NCBI GenBank assembly: GCA_965207675.1
Contig: CBDBMY010000011.1
Span: 1,950,171-2,014,170, forward strand
DNA: 64,000 nt
Reading direction: 5' to 3'
Origin: Vicinamibacterales bacterium
GTDB lineage: Bacteria > Acidobacteriota > Vicinamibacteria > Vicinamibacterales > UBA8438
Part shown: positions 50,299-59,372 of the stretch, in pieces
Numbering within the stretch: the first letter of the stretch is position 1
Layout of the letters: each line of letters starts with the position of its first letter
Made by a program: the position numbers and the translations under genes
Notes under the pieces: generated by a model
Database searches by the model: none
Seen by the model: the letters and a program-made list of their open reading frames with translations, nothing else
What the model was told of the DNA's origin: nothing

Positions 50299-52740
50299 AT
50301 GACGCTCTGGCAGGACTTCCGGTACGCCCTCCGGCGCCTGGTCAACGACCGGTCGCTGACCCTCATGGCGGTGGCGGCGCTCGGCCTCGGCATCGGGGCC
50401 AACGCCACCGTCTTCTCGCTCGTGCACGCGGTGTTCATCCGCGGTCTGCCGTTCGACGAGCCGGGACGCATCGTCAACGTCTCGTCGCGCGACACCGTCC
50501 TCGGCAGCACCGGGGGCGTCTCGCTCCCCGACTTCGAGGACTACCGCGAAGCGGCCGCCTCGTTCAGCGGACTGGCGGCGTTCACGGCCGGCGGGACCGC
50601 GAACCTGAGCGACGCCGACAATCCGCCCGAGCGGGTGACGGGGTCCCTGGTCACCCCGAACACGTTCCGCCTGCTCGGCCAGCCGGTGCTGCTCGGCCGC
50701 GACTTCCTGCCCGAGGAGGGCGGGCGGGGCGCGGACCGCACCGTCATCCTGAGCCACCGCGTCTGGCAGGACCGCTACGCGGGCGACCCCGCCGTGCTCG
50801 GCCGCGTGGTGCGGGTCAACGACGAGCCGTCGACGATCGTCGGCGTCATGCCGGAAGGCATGCGGTTCCCGCTGAACTCGGACACGTGGCGGCCCCTGCA
50901 GCCCACCGACGCCCTCGACCGCCGCGACAACCGGATGCTCTCGACCGTCGGCCGCCTCGCCCCCGGCGTCGGTCTCGACGCGGCCGACGCCGAGGTGCGC
51001 GCCCTCGCGGGGCGGCTCCGCCAGCAGTATCCCGACGCCAACGAGAACGCGGACGCCTTTGTCCAGATGTTCAACGACTGGGCGAACCCCGCCGACGTCG
51101 AGCTGATCGTCCCGACGCTGATGGGCGCGGTGGCGTTCGTCCTCCTCATCGCCTGCGCCAACGTCGCCAACCTGCTGCTCGCGCGCTCGGCCCGGCGGGC
51201 GCGCGAGGTGGCCATCCGCGTCGCGCAGGGCGCCACGCGGTGGCGAGTCGTGCGGCAGTTGCTGGTCGAGAGCCTCCTGCTCGGCGCGGCGGGCGGCGCG
51301 GCCGGCCTGGGGCTGGCCGCGGCCGGCATCCGCCTGCTCGACATGGCGACGGCCGACGTCGGCAAGCCGTTCTGGATGACCTTCCATCTCGACGGCGCGG
51401 TCGTCGCGTTCCTCGTCCTGGCCTGCGTCGGGACGAGCGTGCTGTTCGGGTTCGCGCCGGCGCTGCACGTGTCGAAGACGCCGGTCGGCGAGCTGCTGCA
51501 CGAGGGGGGCCGCACCGGGGCGGGCGGGATGCGCGCGCGCCGGCTCGCGGCGGCGATGGTCGTGGTCGAGGTGACCCTGGCGGTGGTGCTGCTGGCGGGG
51601 GCGGGGCTGTTCATTCGCAGCTTCCAGGAGCTCTACCGGATCGATCTCGGGTTCGATCCCGCCCGGGTGCTGACGGGACAGGTCACGCTGGTCGCCCGGA
51701 AGTACCCGGGACCCGAGGACCGGATTCGGTTCGTCGAGCGGCTCCAGCAACGCCTCGACGCGATGCCCGGGGTCCGCGCCGCGAGCGTGGCCACCACGTT
51801 CCCCCTCTTCGGCGGGCTGCAGCGGACGCTCGAGATCGACGGGCGGCCCTCGCCCGCCGGCGCGCCGCCCCCCACGGTGACGATGCTGAGCGTCGGGGCG
51901 CGGTACTTCGAGTCGCTCGGCGTCTCGCTGACGCGGGGGCGCGCGCTGACGCTGGAGGACGGCCGCGAGGGAGCGGAGTCGGTGGTGGTGAACGCGCGGT
52001 TCGCGGCCCGGTTCTTTGCGGGTGAAGATCCCATCGGGCGGCGAATCCGCCTGCGGGCGCAGGACCGGCCGCCCGGCCCGTGGCTGACCATCGTCGGGGT
52101 GAATCCCAGCATCCGGCAGCTCGCCCTCCAGGAACGCGATCCCGATCCGGTGGTCTACTTGCCGTACCGGCTGTACACCGGCGGCCCGGCCGCGCTGCAG
52201 TCGTCGCTGGCCATACAGGTCCTGACCGTCGGCAACCCCGCCGGGTTCGTCCCGCAGCTCCGCGAGGCGGTGCAGGCCGTCGACCCCGAGCTGCCGGTGT
52301 TCAGCGCCCGGTCGATGTCGGCCCGGCTGCGGGACAGCCGGTGGACGTACCTGCTGTTCAGCGGCCTGTTCGGCATCTTCGCGGCCATCGCGCTCGTCCT
52401 CTCGGCGGTCGGGATCTACGCGGTCACGGCGTACTCGGTCACGCAGCGGACGCAGGAGATCGGCATCCGCATGGCCCTCGGGGCCCTGCCGGGGCAGGTC
52501 GTCTGGGTCGTCATGCGCCGCGGGCTCGCGCAGGTCGGCGCGGGGCTGATGCTCGGGGCGGCGGGCGCGTTCGCGGTCGGCCGCCTGATCGAGAGCCTGC
52601 TGGTGCAGACGTCTCCCCGCGACCCCGCGACGCTGGGCGCGGTGGCGGCGGTGCTGGCGGCGGCGACGGTGGCCGCGTGCGTCGGCCCCGCGCGCCGGGC
52701 GGTCGGGATCGACCCGGTCGAGGCGCTCCGCTTCGATTGA
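50299..52740 (+). CDS. ADOP-type duplicated ABC transporter permease (MacB/FtsX domains)
   Basis: QDFRYALR, LGIGANATVFS, LLIACANVANLLLAR, QRTQEIGIRMALGA, DPVEALR; no ATPase gene adjacent. Confidence 0.92.
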   Translation: MTLWQDFRYALRRLVNDRSLTLMAVAALGLGIGANATVFSLVHAVFIRGLPFDEPGRIVNVSSRDTVLGSTGGVSLPDFEDYREAAASFSGLAAFTAGGTANLSDADNPPERVTGSLVTPNTFRLLGQPVLLGRDFLPEEGGRGADRTVILSHRVWQDRYAGDPAVLGRVVRVNDEPSTIVGVMPEGMRFPLNSDTWRPLQPTDALDRRDNRMLSTVGRLAPGVGLDAADAEVRALAGRLRQQYPDANENADAFVQMFNDWANPADVELIVPTLMGAVAFVLLIACANVANLLLARSARRAREVAIRVAQGATRWRVVRQLLVESLLLGAAGGAAGLGLAAAGIRLLDMATADVGKPFWMTFHLDGAVVAFLVLACVGTSVLFGFAPALHVSKTPVGELLHEGGRTGAGGMRARRLAAAMVVVEVTLAVVLLAGAGLFIRSFQELYRIDLGFDPARVLTGQVTLVARKYPGPEDRIRFVERLQQRLDAMPGVRAASVATTFPLFGGLQRTLEIDGRPSPAGAPPPTVTMLSVGARYFESLGVSLTRGRALTLEDGREGAESVVVNARFAARFFAGEDPIGRRIRLRAQDRPPGPWLTIVGVNPSIRQLALQERDPDPVVYLPYRLYTGGPAALQSSLAIQVLTVGNPAGFVPQLREAVQAVDPELPVFSARSMSARLRDSRWTYLLFSGLFGIFAAIALVLSAVGIYAVTAYSVTQRTQEIGIRMALGALPGQVVWVVMRRGLAQVGAGLMLGAAGAFAVGRLIESLLVQTSPRDPATLGAVAAVLAAATVAACVGPARRAVGIDPVEALRFD

Positions 52741-52966
52741 AAACGCGCCGCCGCCCTCCGGCGGCCGACCCGGGAGCCTGGCAGCCCTTGGCGAAACCCG
52801 GCGTTGCACCGCGTCCGAAGGGCGCCGGCAGATCGCCGAGGCGCCCGCCCGACAAGGCGGGATGAGAGGACTCGTTTGTCTCCAGGCTGTCGCTGCCCTG
52901 GCTCACGTATCTCCCAAATGACACACGAAATCGGCTACGATCCGGTGCCTGTGCTGGTTGGCGCGC

Positions 52967-54400
52967 ATGGACTTCGACGGCTACCGGATCGACGAGGCGG
53001 TTTACGACGAGTTGTTGCGGCCCGATGGCGCGCCGCGGACGCACTGCCGGCCGCTCCATGACGCGCTGCGCCGGGTGTCGGGTCCGGAGCTGGCCGAGAC
53101 GCAGCAGCGCGTGACCCGGTCGTTCGTCGACGAGGGCATCACCTTCACGGTGTACGGGGACGGCGAAGCCGACGAACGCATCATCCCCATCGACTGCATC
53201 CCCCGCATTCTGTCGGCCGCCGAGTGGAAGGCGCTGCACGCGGGCCTCGCCCAGCGCGTCCTGGCCCTGAACCTCTTCCTGGCCGACGTGTACGGTTCCG
53301 GCCGCGCGTTCTCCGACGGCGTCATTCCCGAGGAGATGGTCCGCGACTGCCCGCAGTACCGCGCCGCGATGCGGGGGTTCGCGCCGCCGCACGACACGTG
53401 GGTCGCGGTCTGCGGGACCGACCTGGTGCGGACGAACGACGGTTTCCTGGTGCTCGAGGACAACCTGCGGGTGCCCTCGGGCGTCTCCTACATGGTCGCC
53501 AACCGCAAGGCGGTGAAGTCCAGCCTCCGCCGGCTGTATCGCCGCTGCGGCGTGCGCGAGGTGGAGCACTACGGCGAGCTGCTGCTGGCGACGCTTCGGG
53601 AGCTGGCCCCCGCCGGACGTCCCGAGCCGTACATCGCGGTGCTGACGCCCGGGGTGTGGAACGCCGCCTTCTACGAGCACATGTTCCTGGCCCGCGAGAT
53701 CGGGGCGGCGCTGGTCGAGGGCCGCGATCTGCTCGCGCGGAACGGCATCGTCTATGCGCGGACGACGGAGGGCCTGCGCCGGGTCGACGTGATCTACCGG
53801 CGGGTGGACGACGACTTTCTCGACCCGCAGGTGTTCCGCAAGGACTCGCTGCTCGGGGTGCCGGGGCTGCTGGAGGCGTACCGCCGGGGCAACGTGACCC
53901 TCGCCAACGCCCCGGGCACGGGCGTGGCCGACGACAAGAGCGTGTACGCCTACGTGCCCGACCTGATTCGCTACTACCTGAGCGAGGAGCCGCGGCTCGC
54001 CAACGTGCCGACCCGCCTCTGCCGACGGCCCGAAGACCTCGAGTACACGCTCGACAACCTCGATCGCCTGGTCGTCAAGCGCGTGGGCGAATCGGGCGGC
54101 TACGGCATGCTCGTCGGCCCCCACGCCAGCGCGGCCGAGCGGGAGGCGTACGCCCGGGAGGTGCGGGCCAATCCGGCGGAGTTCATCTCGCAGCCGGTGC
54201 TGTCGCTCTCGCGGGCCCCCTGCCTGATCGACGGCCGGCTCGAGCCGCGGCACGTCGACCTGCGGCCCTTCGTGCTCAGGGGCCGGGAGACCCGCATCGT
54301 CCCGGGCGCCTTCTGCCGCGTCGCCCTGCGCCGGGGGAGCCTGGTCGTGAACTCGAGTCAGGGCGGCGGCGGCAAGGACGTTTGGGTGCTGGAGTCGTGA
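52967..54400 (+). CDS. Circularly permuted type 2 ATP-grasp protein
   Basis: GITFTVYG, VLEDNLRVPSGVSY, VDVIYRRVDDDFLDP, NAPGTGVADDK, HVDLRPF, VVNSSQGGGGKD. Confidence 0.93.
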   Translation: MDFDGYRIDEAVYDELLRPDGAPRTHCRPLHDALRRVSGPELAETQQRVTRSFVDEGITFTVYGDGEADERIIPIDCIPRILSAAEWKALHAGLAQRVLALNLFLADVYGSGRAFSDGVIPEEMVRDCPQYRAAMRGFAPPHDTWVAVCGTDLVRTNDGFLVLEDNLRVPSGVSYMVANRKAVKSSLRRLYRRCGVREVEHYGELLLATLRELAPAGRPEPYIAVLTPGVWNAAFYEHMFLAREIGAALVEGRDLLARNGIVYARTTEGLRRVDVIYRRVDDDFLDPQVFRKDSLLGVPGLLEAYRRGNVTLANAPGTGVADDKSVYAYVPDLIRYYLSEEPRLANVPTRLCRRPEDLEYTLDNLDRLVVKRVGESGGYGMLVGPHASAAEREAYAREVRANPAEFISQPVLSLSRAPCLIDGRLEPRHVDLRPFVLRGRETRIVPGAFCRVALRRGSLVVNSSQGGGGKDVWVLES

Positions 54401-54402
54401 CG

Positions 54403-55377
54403 ATGCTGGCGCGCAGCGCGGAGGGCCTCTACTGGCTGGGCCGCCACCTCGAGCGCACCGAGAACGGGTGCCGCCTGCTGGGCGAGCAGATGACGACGCT
54501 GGTCGACCGGCCGGTGCAGGAGATCGACTTCGGCTGGCGGCGCATCTACGGCGCGCTCGGCCGGCGCCCGCCGGGACCGGCCATCGCGGTGCAGGAGAAC
54601 GACGACGACTACGCGCTCGCCGATTCCTACACCCTGGCCGACGACGTGACGTTCGAGCGCTCCAACCCCGACGCCATCCGCAACAGCTTCGCGCAGGGCC
54701 GGGAGAACGCGCGGCAGATGCGCCACTGCATCAGCGCCGAGATGTGGACGTGCCTGAACCGGGCGTGGCTGCGGTTCCGCGAGCGGCGCATCGAGGACAT
54801 CTGGCAGACGGCCCCCGAGCGCTTCTACGCTGACCTCGCGCAGGAGCTGGGCACCTTCGCGGGCGTCACCGAGACGACCCTGTACCGGGACGACGGGTGG
54901 CGGTTCCTGTGGCTCGGCCGCCTCATCGAGCGCGCCCAGTTCACGGTCGCCCTGCTGATGGCGCAGCTGGCCGCGGTGCGGCCCGACGAGGGGCACGTCG
55001 ACGGCGAATGGTCGAGCCTGCTGCGGATCTGCCAGGCGTCCGACGCCTACAAGCGCTGCCACGGCGTGGGGGTGCGCCCGGAGCGCGCGCTCGCCCTGCT
55101 CGTCGGCGATGCGCAGCTTCCGCGGTCGCTGGGTCGCACCCTCGACGAGGTCGCCGACAAGCTCGGGGCGCTCGCGGCCGGCCCGGGCTCGACCGACGAG
55201 GCGCGGCGGGGGGCCGGCAACCTCGCCGCGGACATCCATCGGCAGTGGCGCGACACCGCGGACATGGCCGACTGGGACGAGCCGCTCCGCCGCATGGACG
55301 GCGAGTGCCGGCGACTGCACGATCTCGTGATGGAGGCGCACGTCACCTACGATCCGGACGGTGCGCCGGTGCGGTGA
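54403..55377 (+). CDS. Alpha-E domain protein (DUF403)
   Basis: MLARSAEGLYWLGRHLERTE, GRENAR, GRLIERA, PRS; directly follows the ATP-grasp gene. Confidence 0.9.
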   Translation: MLARSAEGLYWLGRHLERTENGCRLLGEQMTTLVDRPVQEIDFGWRRIYGALGRRPPGPAIAVQENDDDYALADSYTLADDVTFERSNPDAIRNSFAQGRENARQMRHCISAEMWTCLNRAWLRFRERRIEDIWQTAPERFYADLAQELGTFAGVTETTLYRDDGWRFLWLGRLIERAQFTVALLMAQLAAVRPDEGHVDGEWSSLLRICQASDAYKRCHGVGVRPERALALLVGDAQLPRSLGRTLDEVADKLGALAAGPGSTDEARRGAGNLAADIHRQWRDTADMADWDEPLRRMDGECRRLHDLVMEAHVTYDPDGAPVR

Positions 55378-55534
55378 CGCCGCCGGTCGGAGGCGCCTTA
55401 CGGGGCGGCCGAACATGGCGCGCCCAGGCACCCAGGCTCCCGAGCGGGGCCGCGTCGGAGGCCTTCGGCGGACGAGGCCGCGAAGCGAGAGGCTTTTCGG
55501 CGGCCTGGACCGCGAAGCGGAGGGCGGTGCGTGC

Positions 55535-56716
55535 TCACCTCCGGAACTGCTTGCTCAAGGCCAGGCCCTGCCGCTGGTAGGACGAGCCGATGGACGCCCC
55601 GTATATCTTCTCCGGGACCTCTAGAAGCCGGCTGTAGACGACCCGGCCGACCACTTGGCCGTGCTCGATGACGAAGGGCACCTCATGCGCCCGAACCTCC
55701 AGCACCACCCGCGTCCCCTTGTCGCCCTCGCCGTACCCGAATCCGGGGTCGAAGAAGCCCGCGTAATGGATCCTGAACTCGCCCACGGACGGATCGAACG
55801 GCACCATCTCGGCCGCGCAATTGGGCGGCACGACCACGCGCTTGCGCGAACCCAGGATGTAGAAGTCTCCGGGATTCAGGATGAGCCGGTCGTCGGGCAG
55901 GTTCCGAATCTCGTCCCAGAAGTCGCCGGGATCGTAGTGGGCCACCCGGCGCATGTCGATGAGAGGAGCATTCTTCCGGCCCCGGTAGCCGACGATGTCC
56001 ACCGCGTTCCTGCCCCGGAGATTGACCGAGAGCTTCACGCCCTTCTCGATGTCCGCCTGCGCCGGACCGTCGTCGTCGACGATGAGGTTCTCCTCCTCGT
56101 TCAGACGTTGGAGCAAGCTGTCCGTCGGCGGCGGGTTGCCACGCACGAACCGCAACTGCGACAGCCGCACCCCCTGCTGCACGATCACCGAGAACGTCCG
56201 CGGGACGATCTCCGCGAACAGCGGCCCCGAGTAGCCGTCCCGCACGCGCTCGAACTCGACGCCGCCGTCCGTAATCAGGCGCGTGAACACATCGAGCCGG
56301 CCAGTGGTGCTCTTCGGATTGGCCTTCGCCGAGACTCCCCGCGGCAGCCGAAGCCTCTCCATCAGCGGCGCCAGGTAGACGCAACCCTTCTCGAGCACCG
56401 TCGGTGACGACAGGTCCAGTTCGGCCATGGACAGCGCTTCAAGCTTGCGTTCCACCATGGAATCGCGGCCCGGTAGGAAACTGGCCTGCAGGCGGTAGGC
56501 GACCGCCCCCAGCCGCAGATCGAGGCTCGCCGGCTGAATCTGGTCCTCGGCGAGCGGCTCGGTCGCAGCAATGCGGCCGTCTCGATAAAGGGCCTTGATC
56601 CGCTGGTACGGCAGGACTCCTGTCGATACCGCGGGGGGTTCTCTGGGAAACTCTCTCCGCACCAGTTCCGGGAACAGCGCCGTTGGGTGATCGTCCGCTC
56701 CGGCCATCTCTCGCAT
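55535..56716 (-). CDS. dcd: 2'-deoxycytidine 5'-triphosphate deaminase (long DCD type)
   Basis: QIQPASLDLRLG, ANPKSTTGRLDVFTR, GEFRIHYAGFFDPGFG, LEVRAHEVPF, YQRQGLALSK. Confidence 0.9.
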   Translation of the reverse strand: MREMAGADDHPTALFPELVRREFPREPPAVSTGVLPYQRIKALYRDGRIAATEPLAEDQIQPASLDLRLGAVAYRLQASFLPGRDSMVERKLEALSMAELDLSSPTVLEKGCVYLAPLMERLRLPRGVSAKANPKSTTGRLDVFTRLITDGGVEFERVRDGYSGPLFAEIVPRTFSVIVQQGVRLSQLRFVRGNPPPTDSLLQRLNEEENLIVDDDGPAQADIEKGVKLSVNLRGRNAVDIVGYRGRKNAPLIDMRRVAHYDPGDFWDEIRNLPDDRLILNPGDFYILGSRKRVVVPPNCAAEMVPFDPSVGEFRIHYAGFFDPGFGYGEGDKGTRVVLEVRAHEVPFVIEHGQVVGRVVYSRLLEVPEKIYGASIGSSYQRQGLALSKQFRR

Positions 56717-56732
56717 CTTCCCCGGCCGGGTG

Positions 56733-56975
56733 TCAACGACGATCGGCCCGGTCGTGCAACTCCTCCCGCGTCGGCTTGCGGCCGTCGACCCACTCCCGCC
56801 TTTGCGGTTGGGGCCCGAAGAAGCGGTTCATAGCGACATCGTAGTCGTCTTCTCCAAGTTGCATCGTCTCGAGTTGCCGGACAATCCACTCCGGTACGCT
56901 GCGGTTGTTCTCCGCCGCCCGAACCTCCACCCATCGGGCGAGGTCATCGGGCAACGTGACGGTGACGGTTTCCAT
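56733..56975 (-). CDS. Ribbon-helix-helix/CopG-family antitoxin-like protein (no toxin adjacent)
   Basis: METVTVTLPDDLARWVEVRAAENNRSV..PTREELHDR; GGAGGA RBS; palindrome GTGTGACAC upstream. Confidence 0.7.
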   Translation of the reverse strand: METVTVTLPDDLARWVEVRAAENNRSVPEWIVRQLETMQLGEDDYDVAMNRFFGPQPQRREWVDGRKPTREELHDRADRR

Positions 56976-57168
56976 CGAGATCCTCCAGATTCCCCCCGAG
57001 CACGAAACAGTGTGACACGGAATCCGTCGTCATCCGGGACTTCTCCAACCGTCCCGCGAGCAGGCTCCCGCCGAGCGCGTTCGAGCCTCCTCCCCGGTGC
57101 CGTCGGAACGCCCGCCGTGCTACGCTTGGGGCGCTTCGAACTATACAGGTCGCAGGAGGAGATGCGTG

Positions 57169-58167
57169 ATGCGTGCATGGGTGCTTGTGGGCGTTCTCGT
57201 GACCGTGGCGTGCGGCGGCGGGGCGGAGCCGGAGCCGGCGGCCGAACCGGAGGCGCCGCCGAGCGCCGGGACCATCGAGCGGCTCGATCCCGCCTTCGAC
57301 GCGCTCGTGCCGGCCGACGCCGTCATCGAGGAGCTGGCCGGCGGGTTCGGCTTCACCGAGGGGCCGTGGTGGATCGACGACGGGGACGGCTATCTGCTGT
57401 TCAGCGACATCCCCGGCAACCGCATTGTCAGGTGGGACCCGGACGGGACCGTCAGCGACTTCCTGAACCCGGTCTACGAGGGCGAGCACGAGGAGGGGCG
57501 GCTCGTCGGCTCGAACGGCATCACCGTCGACCCGGACGGGAACGTGGTCTTCACCGAGCACTTCAACGGCCGCATCTCCCGCATCGGGGCCGACGGGACG
57601 CGCAGCGTCGTCGTCGACAGCTACGAGGGGGGACGGCTCAACAGCCCCAACGACCTCGACTACCACAGCGACGGCTCGCTCTACTTCACCGACCCCGCCT
57701 ATGGGCTGCCGAGCCCCGAGGCGCGGGAGCAGGACGTGAACGGCATCTACCGGCTGGGCGCGGACGGCGAGCTCGTGCGGCTGGGCGAGCAGACCGGCCC
57801 CAACGGCATCGCCTTCTCGCCCGACGAGTCGACCCTCTACGTGGCCGACAGCGCCACCCGGCAGTGGATGGCGTACCCGGTGAACGAGGACGGCACCCTC
57901 GGCGAGGCCGAGCTGCTGCTCGACGCCAGCGCCTCGGAGGAGAGCGGCTCGGCCGACGGCCTGAAGATCGACGGGCAGGGCAACCTGTGGGCGACGGGCC
58001 CGGGCGGCGTCTGGGTCATCGCGCCGGACGGAACGCACCTCGGCACGATCAAGCCGAACGAGGTGCCGGCCAACGTGGCGTGGGGCGACGCGGACCGGCG
58101 CACGCTGTACATGACCGCGCGCACCGGGCTGTACCGCATTCGTGTGAACGCCACCGGCGACCAGTAG
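57169..58167 (+). CDS. SMP-30/gluconolactonase/LRE-family lipoprotein
   Basis: Lipobox VTVAC; FTEGP, FSDIP, GSNG, LNSPND, FTDP, PNGIAFSPD, ADGLKID. Confidence 0.92.
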   Translation: MRAWVLVGVLVTVACGGGAEPEPAAEPEAPPSAGTIERLDPAFDALVPADAVIEELAGGFGFTEGPWWIDDGDGYLLFSDIPGNRIVRWDPDGTVSDFLNPVYEGEHEEGRLVGSNGITVDPDGNVVFTEHFNGRISRIGADGTRSVVVDSYEGGRLNSPNDLDYHSDGSLYFTDPAYGLPSPEAREQDVNGIYRLGADGELVRLGEQTGPNGIAFSPDESTLYVADSATRQWMAYPVNEDGTLGEAELLLDASASEESGSADGLKIDGQGNLWATGPGGVWVIAPDGTHLGTIKPNEVPANVAWGDADRRTLYMTARTGLYRIRVNATGDQ

Positions 58168-58433
58168 GCGCGTGCGCGTCGGGCGGTGCGGAATGGCCGG
58201 CTCGGTTCGCGCAAACCGGAACCGCGGCACGCCGTTTCGGAGCCCGGCCGCCGTGCCACCGGGGGGCCGGGACGCGGGGTTCGGCTCGCCGGGACGGAAC
58301 CGCAAGGCGATGGGCTTCCGGGACCGGGCCGCGCCCAGCGGTGCCGCGTGGCACCTGGTCCGCGGGAATCGGAGCTGCAAGCGAGGGTCCGGGCCATTCG
58401 GGCCGTCCGGCGGCGCAGCAAAGGAGGTCGACG

Positions 58434-59372
58434 ATGCGCTATCCCCTGGTCGCGGCGTTCGCGGCGGCGTTGAGCATCGGTCTGGCGGCGCCGGTAGCGG
58501 CGCAGGATACCGATGCCGAGTGGGTCCCGTCGCGGACCCCGTGGGGGCACCCCGATCTGCAGGGCGTCTGGGACCAGACCACCGGCACGCCCCTCGAGCG
58601 GTCGGCCGACGCCGGCGACCTGGAGTTCCTGAGCGAAGAGGAGGCGGCGGAACGCGAGCGGCGCCGTTTCGCGGCGTTCGACGCCCCACCGCGGGCGGGC
58701 AGCCCCGGCAACTACGGCTCGCAGTGGCGCGACGGGTCGCGCAACGCGCTGACCCGCACCTCGCTCATCGTCGACCCGCCGGACGGGCGCATCCCCGCCC
58801 TCACGCCGGCGGGCGAGCGCCGCGCGGCCGAGAACGCGGCGCGGCGACGCGACCATCCCGCCGACTCGTGGGCCGACCGCAACCTGTGGGAGCGCTGCAT
58901 CACCCGCGGCACGCCCCGGGTGCCCAACAACTACAACAGCAACATCCTGATCCTGCAGACCCCGGACGCGGTGGTGATGCTGAACGAGATGATCAACGAG
59001 ACCCGCGTCGTCCCCCTCGACGGGCGCCCCCACGTCGCCGCCGGCGTCCGTCTGTGGAACGGCGACTCCCGCGGCCGCTGGGAGGGTGACACGCTGGTGG
59101 TCGAGACCACCAACTTCAGCGACCAGCAGGTGTTCCGCGGGTTCCCGGTCGGCGGCCTGCGCCTCGTCGAGCGGTTCACCCGCACCGGGCCCGACAGCAT
59201 CGACTACGAGATGACCCTCAGCGACCCGTCGACCTACACCCGCGACTGGACCGTGGTGCTGCCGATGATCGCGAACGGCGGCGGCATGTTCGAGTACGCC
59301 TGCCACGAGGGAAACTACGGCATGGAAGGGATACTCGCGGGCCACCGCGCCGAGGAGCGGGCGGGCCAGTGA
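58434..59372 (+). CDS. Uncharacterised exported 'EYACHEGN' family protein (paralog 4)
   Basis: AAGGAGG RBS; signal peptide; WGHPDLQGVW, RTSLIVDPPDGRIP, ERC, WEGDTLVVETTNF, EYACHEGN. Confidence 0.88.
   Translation: MRYPLVAAFAAALSIGLAAPVAAQDTDAEWVPSRTPWGHPDLQGVWDQTTGTPLERSADAGDLEFLSEEEAAERERRRFAAFDAPPRAGSPGNYGSQWRDGSRNALTRTSLIVDPPDGRIPALTPAGERRAAENAARRRDHPADSWADRNLWERCITRGTPRVPNNYNSNILILQTPDAVVMLNEMINETRVVPLDGRPHVAAGVRLWNGDSRGRWEGDTLVVETTNFSDQQVFRGFPVGGLRLVERFTRTGPDSIDYEMTLSDPSTYTRDWTVVLPMIANGGGMFEYACHEGNYGMEGILAGHRAEERAGQ

Noticed and set aside
55535-56716. dCTP deaminase as an anti-phage nucleotide-depletion system
   Set aside because: It is the dUTPase-fold Dcd type, not the kinase plus zinc-dependent CDA-fold defence enzyme
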